A stretch of DNA of 64,000 nucleotides, taken from positions 1 through 64,000 of IMG/VR virus record IMGVR_UViG_3300035696_000012. One strand, written 5' to 3'. Every line of letters starts with the position of its first letter. Within the stretch, counting starts at the first letter, position 1. Shown here piece after piece: positions 57,113-64,000 of this stretch. This DNA is from a virus. The position numbers and the translations under genes are program-made. Under the pieces are notes generated by a model. The model worked only from the letters and a program-made list of their open reading frames with translations, made no database searches and was not told the origin of the DNA.

Positions 57113-57684
57113 TTTACTTTTTCCAAAATCTTCATATCAAATCCCGCTTCAACCAATTTCTCCATCATCTCTTTATAGTCTTCATTATCTTTTACGAAGG
57201 CTAAATCTCCATAGTTATTTATTGGCGCAGTGTATTGCTTTACTATTGCTAAATAGTTTGCTGGCAATAATGTCGTTCGATCGATCGAGGCATTAGGTAT
57301 GAGTTTTAGGAACTTATACTTATTTACTAACTCAACATTAGTAATAAATCCTAATGCAGTTATTCGTTTCTTTCTTGCGACCACTTCCGTTTCAAATAAC
57401 CAATCTATGTAATCCTTCAATACTGCAACATCTGATGTTATCATTTGTGCAAGGCTTTTCATCCTGTACATTTCATATGATTTGCTGGGCACATTATTAT
57501 TGAAACGGAATGTATATTTCACTCCATAATGCTTTTCATATCTTTTACAAAAATATGCAAGCAAATCGATTAAGCTCCACTTAGATATATCTAATGTTTC
57601 GTGATTTTTGAACTTTGCAAAAAACTTGGTATATGCTGAACTTATTTCGTTTTCTTGCTGTGTTTCCATAGATTTATTTTTCAT
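57109..57684 (-). CDS. Hypothetical replication-region protein (start MKNKSM)
   Basis: ORF track; lies in helicase-loader operon. Confidence 0.65.
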   Translation of the reverse strand: MKNKSMETQQENEISSAYTKFFAKFKNHETLDISKWSLIDLLAYFCKRYEKHYGVKYTFRFNNNVPSKSYEMYRMKSLAQMITSDVAVLKDYIDWLFETEVVARKKRITALGFITNVELVNKYKFLKLIPNASIDRTTLLPANYLAIVKQYTAPINNYGDLAFVKDNEDYKEMMEKLVEAGFDMKILEKVK

Positions 57685-58586
57685 TTCTTTTTTTATGCCG
57701 TATTCTATATATACCGTCTTCATAGTTTTGTTTTGCCGATAGTGGTCGTAAATTGCTCAATTCCCACGCTTTTTTAAAATTTGGATGTTCCATGGTATCG
57801 TACGGTAAATCTGAATGCGGAATTATATGATCTAATTGCCACTTCCAAGTTGGACAATCTTCGTCATCCCACAGTTCTGCATCGTATATACCCCAATTAT
57901 GCCAATTCATCCATGACTCGAATTGATTTTCTATATGGCTTTTTAATTGTTCAACTGAATAATTCAAATATTTCAAAAAAGATCTATTATTTTTAGTACC
58001 ACCATATGATTTTAGCGTGTGTCTAACCGAAATAGAAACATATTCTCTTAACTTAAATGAAGGATCTGTTTTTAGCCTATTTTTCTTATAAGATCTGGAT
58101 CTTTTTGCTATTTTATCTTTATTCTCTTCTCTATATTGTTTTTCTCGCTTTTATTTTATCTTTATTATTTTCTCTATACAATTTGCGTTTTCCATTTGCA
58201 CAATATAATCGATCATACTCGGATTTTTTATCTTTTGTTTTATCTCTATAAATTTTTGATTTTTCTTTTACAATAGGTTTATTTTCTTCATATCGTATAT
58301 GGTTTTTTAATAAAATTTCTGTTTTGTTTTCCTCATAATACAAATGTTTTCTTGTTTTTACTTTTTCAGCGTTTTCTTTATTATATTCTTTTTGATATTC
58401 TTTTATCAAATCACTATTATTTTTATAATATTCTTTTTGTTTCTCGCACAATAAAATTCTATTATTTTCTCTATATTCGCGTTTTTTGCATGAATTACAC
58501 TTAGGCGATTCACTTTTTAATTCTTTTTTGGCAAATTTCTTTATATCTGTTTGTTTATTGCAAAAACTACAAAATATTTGTTCCAT
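57674..58586 (-). pseudogene. Frameshifted HNH homing endonuclease, paralogue of 54436-55122
   Basis: N-half (58131-58586) and HNH half (57674-57976) join into one frame by skipping one base in the A5 run at 58139-58143. Confidence 0.85.
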
Positions 58587-58647
58587 GGCAAATTCTCCGA
58601 ATACAACTAAATATACGGATTATTGGATATATCACAACTACGCGTAA

Positions 58648-60117
58648 TTATTTTTCAATAAATTCTTTTGGCATTTTTATGACAAATTCGGGCTCGGTCT
58701 CATAAATACTTTTTCTAATTAACGAATGTTTTTTCAGGAACTTTATATCATCCATCGTTTCTACGATGGCAACATAAGGTTTATTTTTACCATCCCTCAA
58801 AACTCTTCCAATTCTTTGTAATGTTTTGACACTACTTTTACCTGACCCAGCTAATACCAATGCACTCAATGTTTTTACATCTATTCCAATGTCGTAAATC
58901 ATACTTGCCACGATACATTTAGATTTTCCACTAAGCAGGTTTTCTTTCACCTCCGCTCGTCTCTTCGTTGTATCTTTACCATTGAGGAACTCGGTGTCAA
59001 TGCCTTTATTCTCAAATAGTTTCAGTAATGTTTTTCCGTGGGCTAAGACTTTAAAAAGAACTAAAACTTGATAGCCCTTATTAATTAGTTTTTCAGCTTC
59101 TGACACAAGTATATTGTTCCTATATTCATTATTTACGACATGATCACTATATACTGTTTGATATGGTGTATCATATTTAGCATAGCCTTTTATATATATG
59201 AACTTGATCATTGGTTTTGCAAGAATGCCACGCTTGATTAATTCTGATGCTTTTACTTCATGTATATTGTCGCCCAAAATCCCTGTTAGCAATAAGTCAG
59301 CCCCATCGTCCCGGCTTGGTGTTCCACTATATGAGAACAATCTTTCTGGCTGTATAACTTTATATATACTTCTAATTGTTTTAGCCCCAGCAATATGGCA
59401 TTCATCTAAATGAACTATCTTCGCATTTTTCATACAATCAATTATTTTTTTCGTATTACTCTCGTCGAACTTCTCATCCGAACTTATATCATCTAATAGA
59501 ATATCTTTTGGTTTCAATCCTAATGCTTTACCTAATGTCCAGACTGATGCTATTGTTATATTACCTATTTGACATATACCATCACCAACAATACCGATCT
59601 CTTGATCAAATAATAATGAAAAGAATGAATGAAACTGATGCAACAACTCTTTGGAAATTACAAGCATTAGTGTGGGCTTACCGAACTGTGCTGTTATCAA
59701 TGCTGCCGTAAGACTTTTACCTGAACCTGTTGCGTGCTTATATATTGCACGATCTTTATCCAATGCATAATTTACTGCATCTAATTGATAGTCATATGGA
59801 ACTAAGTCTAATTTTTTTAGATTATGTGATATGTCTATACTTTTTGCCGGTATGATTGGTAATTTTTGATTTATGATTTCTAATTGTCTATTATTCTTTA
59901 TATAAAAATCATTTACATAATTTACTAATCCTGAATAAAACTCTTGTTTTTTATTTAGTAAATGTTCTTTCCCGTCCCAGTGATGGCGTTTAAATGCTGG
60001 ACTGAACTCCGCGCCCTCATACTTAAATGATAGGTGATTATGTAATTGTTTTAGAAAATCTAAATCATCTTCTTCTATGATTTTAGAAAACTTCTCTTTG
60101 ACTAGGAGTTTGGTCAT
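58648..60117 (-). CDS. Superfamily II DNA helicase (UvsW/XPB-like)
   Basis: ATGSGKS, DECH, SGTP, QRIGRVLR. Confidence 0.9.
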   Translation of the reverse strand: MTKLLVKEKFSKIIEEDDLDFLKQLHNHLSFKYEGAEFSPAFKRHHWDGKEHLLNKKQEFYSGLVNYVNDFYIKNNRQLEIINQKLPIIPAKSIDISHNLKKLDLVPYDYQLDAVNYALDKDRAIYKHATGSGKSLTAALITAQFGKPTLMLVISKELLHQFHSFFSLLFDQEIGIVGDGICQIGNITIASVWTLGKALGLKPKDILLDDISSDEKFDESNTKKIIDCMKNAKIVHLDECHIAGAKTIRSIYKVIQPERLFSYSGTPSRDDGADLLLTGILGDNIHEVKASELIKRGILAKPMIKFIYIKGYAKYDTPYQTVYSDHVVNNEYRNNILVSEAEKLINKGYQVLVLFKVLAHGKTLLKLFENKGIDTEFLNGKDTTKRRAEVKENLLSGKSKCIVASMIYDIGIDVKTLSALVLAGSGKSSVKTLQRIGRVLRDGKNKPYVAIVETMDDIKFLKKHSLIRKSIYETEPEFVIKMPKEFIEK

Positions 60118-60327
60118 TTACCACTTCTCGTATCCTTCTGATATTCTCTTACTCAATTTCTTATTAAATTCAATTCTTTTTACTTCTTCTCGTCTGCGAT
60201 TACAAAAATCACATTCACAATCGCACCCGTCCTTATGTTGTTCTCCGCCAACACAATAATGCTGGTTATCATCTTTCGATACTAATTTTCCATTAGGATT
60301 TATTCGTATTTTATATTTCTTACTCAT
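60118..60327 (-). CDS. Small Cys-rich protein (HKDGCDCECDFC)
   Basis: ORF track. Confidence 0.65.
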   Translation of the reverse strand: MSKKYKIRINPNGKLVSKDDNQHYCVGGEQHKDGCDCECDFCNRRREEVKRIEFNKKLSKRISEGYEKW

Positions 60328-60340
60328 TTATGAAATTTAA

Positions 60341-60583
60341 TCAGATTTCTTTTTTATAAAACTTGAACTTAGCCGCTTGTGCTTCACGCTGTGTTTTCTG
60401 TTCTTCTGTTTCCACTATTGGCTCAAATGGCATATCAGGATGAATATTAGTTTTATTTTTATTTGTCAATGTGTGGTATATTGCATAATATATTACTATT
60501 GGTATAATAATAGGAAGAAATATTATATAAAATAATGCAACGAAAAATAGTTCTATTTTCAGTCGATCATAATCGCCTATCAT
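60341..60583 (-). CDS. Single-TM membrane protein, paralogue A (start MIGDYD)
   Basis: Hydrophobic run then EP..ETEEQK..RE...KF.F. Confidence 0.7.
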   Translation of the reverse strand: MIGDYDRLKIELFFVALFYIIFLPIIIPIVIYYAIYHTLTNKNKTNIHPDMPFEPIVETEEQKTQREAQAAKFKFYKKEI

Positions 60584-60584
60584 C

Positions 60585-60842
60585 TTATTTCCGTTGGTCT
60601 TTACGGAACCTGAACTTAGATGTATATGTTTCACGCTTTGCCTTTTGCTCTTCGGTCTCCGGTATTGGCTCGGGCGGTACATATGGCTTTTCTGTCAATG
60701 CTTTATATATTGATATAGGAATGGTTATTGGAGCAAATAATACATACAACCCCACTCCAACAAGCACTAATTTACCAAATGAACTATATAAATCATGTCC
60801 ATCATCTATCCATTCCCACATTTTATCTATCGGATTTTTCAT
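60585..60842 (-). CDS. Single-TM membrane protein, paralogue B
   Basis: Same C-terminal motif as neighbour. Confidence 0.7.
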   Translation of the reverse strand: MKNPIDKMWEWIDDGHDLYSSFGKLVLVGVGLYVLFAPITIPISIYKALTEKPYVPPEPIPETEEQKAKRETYTSKFRFRKDQRK

Positions 60843-61252
60843 TTTAATATCAACATAGCTTCTATTTTTTCAATAGTCTGCTTATCATCCCATCTATTAT
60901 TGAATGCTTTTATAAGATCTTCGCATATCTTTCTGTGATCTACGAATCCCTCAATTATCCTCATTAGCTCTTTTTTTTCTTTTGATTTTTTATCATCATC
61001 TATTCTAATGGCGATATGACATTTTGGGCAATTATATATTTTTTCTACTGGCGGGGATGCGTAATTAACGGTTCCAGATCCGCTAGTAACTAAATACTGT
61101 CCTGATATCGTTGAGATTGGATTAGGGATATACATTCCTATATTCGATTGAGCAGCAGCCGATCCAAATGTGTTTCCACCGCTTAGATCACCGTCGTATT
61201 CTTTTGTTGAATCCGTTTCTATTAGTTTATATGAACATTGAGGGCAAAACAT
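60839..61252 (-). CDS. Zinc-ribbon protein, ends IEKIEAMLILK
   Basis: CPQC..CPKC. Confidence 0.7.
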   Translation of the reverse strand: MFCPQCSYKLIETDSTKEYDGDLSGGNTFGSAAAQSNIGMYIPNPISTISGQYLVTSGSGTVNYASPPVEKIYNCPKCHIAIRIDDDKKSKEKKELMRIIEGFVDHRKICEDLIKAFNNRWDDKQTIEKIEAMLILK

Positions 61253-62346
61253 TATATATGCAACACATTCTTTGCAAAATTGACAATGAGGTTTAGAACG
61301 CTATTCCAAAAATTAGGAGGTAATGTTGGGTGAGGAGGTCGTGCAGGCGACGGCGCAACTGCATCAGGGATTGGCGCTGGATTGACTGGATGAATAGGAT
61401 CCGGTGCTGCTACGACTGCTGGCAACGGCGCTACTACTGGTGTGATTGATGCCACTGCGGCTTGTAGAACTGTCTTTGTTGCTGAGCCGGGAATACCGTC
61501 AGCTGTAAGTCCGTGTGATGCTTGGAATGCTTCGATGGCTGCTATGGTTTTCGGTCCATTATTACCGTCTTCTGTTAGTGGCGTTCCTGCTCCTCCGAGG
61601 AGGTTTAATGCGTGCTGAACGTCGAGCATTGTATTGAGAGGTGTGCCGGGTGGTGGAGGTGGCGTTTGCGGCGCCGTATTGACCGTAGGAACGCTTGTTC
61701 CAGTCATTCTGGGGGTTTGTACGCCCCATAGGCTGAGGTCAATTGCAAGGTCGGTATCGACATTTACGCCATTTGGAAGCTTTGCTGTTCCACCGCTGTT
61801 TTGCCATAATACATATGAGTTCCAAGGCTTTGGAATCATTGGACTATTTGCTTGATATGAGGCAATCCATAATGGATAGTCTGCAAATTGTGCAGGGTTT
61901 CCGATAGTTTGCATAAAATTAGGATATGTGTAAATTGGTATTTTTTTACCGCTGAGTCGCTCGTATTCTTGAAGATATGTCAATGTCCATTCAACAATTT
62001 GATTTGCTGAGCACCCCCATTTTTTCCAATCATTTTCAACGGGCCATTCTAAATCTAAGCTCGCTAACTCGCCAGCAGCAGCTTTAAAATGAAGCTGTGC
62101 TTGAACCACTGGATCGCGCGTTGGCTGCGAAGCCAACGGCGGTAATGGGAACGCAAAATTATATGCCATTGGCAACATTCCTGCATTTTTTGTTCCTGCT
62201 ATATTTTTAGTGTAATTTATGTCTGTTCCACTATTGCCAACGGCGCATCTACTAATTATGAACTTTGTTCCTTGTTGTGCAAGGAGATCAAATTGCACCG
62301 TGCCTTGTATAACTGAAATATCGTAGCCCTTATAAAAATTAGTCAT
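61252..62346 (-). CDS. GH25 muramidase endolysin with PG-binding domain and Pro-rich tail
   Basis: GYDIS, LDLEW, IYTY, LWIASY, LWQ; VQHALN..DG..GPKTIAAIEAFQ..GL.ADG. Confidence 0.9.
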   Translation of the reverse strand: MTNFYKGYDISVIQGTVQFDLLAQQGTKFIISRCAVGNSGTDINYTKNIAGTKNAGMLPMAYNFAFPLPPLASQPTRDPVVQAQLHFKAAAGELASLDLEWPVENDWKKWGCSANQIVEWTLTYLQEYERLSGKKIPIYTYPNFMQTIGNPAQFADYPLWIASYQANSPMIPKPWNSYVLWQNSGGTAKLPNGVNVDTDLAIDLSLWGVQTPRMTGTSVPTVNTAPQTPPPPPGTPLNTMLDVQHALNLLGGAGTPLTEDGNNGPKTIAAIEAFQASHGLTADGIPGSATKTVLQAAVASITPVVAPLPAVVAAPDPIHPVNPAPIPDAVAPSPARPPHPTLPPNFWNSVLNLIVNFAKNVLHI

Positions 62347-63216
62347 TTATTGCTTTCCTTTATTTGTAATGTTTTTCCACGCTTTATCAGTTTTAATTAA
62401 TCTAATCATACTAATTGTCATATTATATTCTTTTGCAATATCTTCATATTCTCTGGTATCGATATATATGGAAATAACCTGCTGTTTTGTTAGTCTGGGT
62501 TTGGGTTTATAACTTTTACCAGTTAAATATGACCAAGTTTTACCTTTCTTAATATCTGAAACGGTTGTTTGATCTATATTATATTCTTTTGCTATATCTA
62601 TTTGAATTCTTCGATCATTAAAGATTGTCAAAACTTGTTCCGAGGTCAATGTTGCATTGATACCCTCACACCCAATAATTATATTATTTTTCCATTCATC
62701 ACTAATATGTTTATTGTATAGTGGATGTTTATCACCTATTTTGGAATTAGATATTTTTATCTTTGATTCCTCTGTATGTTTTTTGCCCATATTGGCTTTA
62801 GATATTTTTTCTCTAGTTTCTAATGATATAACATTACCTTTTAATGACGCTGATATTTTTGCTTTTATTTCTTCTGTTAATTTTCCGTTACTGCCACCAC
62901 GCTTAATATTGTATCCTTTTTCTGGATTAGTACTATCGTACTTATCAATATAAAAATCTTCCAGTATATTAGCTTGGGCTTGTGTAAAAGCAAAATCTAA
63001 ATTAATATAATAGAAATTATCCTTACCGTATTTTTCTATAGCATTATTTATATAAATACATCCTTTATATCCACCACCGCCATGCCATCTTCTATTTGTA
63101 GAATCCCATGTTTGCCCAACATACACTTTGTCATTGACACTGTTTTTAATCAAATAAATAATACAACAATCTACCATTATAATACCAAGTTTACATTCTA
63201 ATATCTTAGATTCCAA
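62347..63216 (-). CDS. GIY-YIG homing endonuclease with NUMOD3 and HTH repeats
   Basis: IIYLIKN..KVYVGQT; GYN..GG; ETREKIS, HTEESKIKIS. Confidence 0.9.
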   Translation of the reverse strand: MESKILECKLGIIMVDCCIIYLIKNSVNDKVYVGQTWDSTNRRWHGGGGYKGCIYINNAIEKYGKDNFYYINLDFAFTQAQANILEDFYIDKYDSTNPEKGYNIKRGGSNGKLTEEIKAKISASLKGNVISLETREKISKANMGKKHTEESKIKISNSKIGDKHPLYNKHISDEWKNNIIIGCEGINATLTSEQVLTIFNDRRIQIDIAKEYNIDQTTVSDIKKGKTWSYLTGKSYKPKPRLTKQQVISIYIDTREYEDIAKEYNMTISMIRLIKTDKAWKNITNKGKQ

Positions 63217-63409
63217 CTTTCGCTACGTTTCGTTTTTCTATCATAGCTATTTGTGATTTTGCTATTCGTTTTTCTGACGCTCCACGATCTATACTAATAT
63301 AATCATGTTTATCCACACAACTGGTTATTTCTCCGTGTACCTTTTCTCCAGTACATAAGGTTATAGTTATTGGCATACCCATATAAGCTGAATAATACAT
63401 ATTTGTCAT
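63206..63409 (-). CDS. Sm/Hfq-like small protein
   Basis: G.PITITLCTGEKVHGEI..D...I......I.KSQIAMI; AGGAG RBS. Confidence 0.55.
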   Translation of the reverse strand: MTNMYYSAYMGMPITITLCTGEKVHGEITSCVDKHDYISIDRGASEKRIAKSQIAMIEKRNVAKVGI

Positions 63410-63420
63410 GTTAATTTCTC

Positions 63421-63585
63421 CTATTTGATGTTATTTTTATCTAATGTTTTAATAATCTCATTAATACTTAACTGATCTTGTCTAGACCAATTACCCAACT
63501 TAGAAATGATATGAAATATTTCACGCATTAAAACCTTAACATTTTCATCTTCAATTTTATTGATTATTTCTTGTATTTGATCCAT
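63421..63585 (-). CDS. 54-aa hypothetical protein (MDQIQEIINKIEDE...)
   Basis: Hand translation. Confidence 0.6.
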   Translation of the reverse strand: MDQIQEIINKIEDENVKVLMREIFHIISKLGNWSRQDQLSINEIIKTLDKNNIK

Positions 63586-63591
63586 TTTATT

Positions 63592-64000
63592 TTACTTCCT
63601 TCTATCCGTAACCGTGCTACTAACGAACTTCCCGAATGTGCTGCTCTTACCAGCAACCTTATCCTTGATTTTCTGAACATCGCTAATTGTTGTATTCTTA
63701 CCGCTGTGCAATGCAACATTTAGATTCCTTGCAGCGCCCTTATCTGCAACAACTGCCGATAGGCTCTTGATTTCTTCTGTCAATTGATTTGTTCGTTCTT
63801 GTGGAATACCAAGTCCTGAAAAGAACGAATATACACGAACAATATTTTCCGGATCATCTGTTTCATAGATACCACGATAGATTGCATCTGGCGTTCCACA
63901 TTGCTCTGTTAGCAATGCGTTAGCATAATTGATTGCTACTGCTGGAATATCTTTCCATACGGTTTTATTTGCGCTAACAATAAATCCAACATACTTACTT
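63592..64000 (-). CDS. 3' part of probable tubulin/FtsZ-like (PhuZ/TubZ-type) protein
   Basis: Frame open to window edge: KYVGFIVSA..GIYE..VRVYSFFSGLGIPQERTNQL resembles the tubulin/FtsZ C-terminal domain followed by a helical tail; GTPase motif lies outside window. Confidence 0.5.
   Translation of the reverse strand, partial: SKYVGFIVSANKTVWKDIPAVAINYANALLTEQCGTPDAIYRGIYETDDPENIVRVYSFFSGLGIPQERTNQLTEEIKSLSAVVADKGAARNLNVALHSGKNTTISDVQKIKDKVAGKSSTFGKFVSSTVTDRRK

Noticed and set aside
1-64000. Stop-codon reassignment, as in some large phages
   Set aside because: Conserved enzymes are full length in the standard code and TAA, TAG and TGA all end genes
1-64000. tRNA, rRNA or CRISPR arrays
   Set aside because: No cloverleaf/T-loop signature or regular repeat-spacer array recognised by eye; tRNAscan-SE on 2630-4400 would confirm

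Overview
Fragment of a large (jumbo-type) tailed dsDNA phage genome read in the standard code. No tRNA, CRISPR, integrase or reverse transcriptase was seen. (1) 1-4.35 kb is visibly GC-richer (about 50% vs about 30% by eye). It holds small minus-strand orphan genes punctuated by five covarying stem-loops, then about 1.7 kb of non-coding DNA with a parS-like palindrome, strand-biased short repeats and sigma54-like promoter matches. It looks like an early/terminal or origin region. (2) 4.4-26.4 kb is AT-rich: orphan genes, many sharing one C-terminal motif, plus M28-like peptidase, dUTPase, two DEDDh exonucleases, IF-1, IMPDH/GMPR, a nuclease-MTase pair, ThyX, a 1290-aa fibre protein, and macro-like, HAD, GT-like and FAD-oxidoreductase genes. 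(3) 26.4-43.7 kb is a tail-fibre/receptor-binding cluster with four tandem paralogues, bracketed by two inward-facing paralogues. (4) 43.9-64 kb is all minus strand: MetAP, PIN-PhoH, class II RNR, sigma factor, DnaB, DnaC-like loader, SF2 helicase, several free-standing homing endonucleases (one frameshifted), GH25 endolysin and the 3' end of a probable tubulin/FtsZ-like gene. The best candidates for undescribed biology are the inter-gene hairpin family, the shared C-terminal tag on about 10 unrelated proteins, the parS-like site in a phage that probably encodes a tubulin, and the modular multi-fibre array. All family calls are from motif recognition by eye, not database searches.
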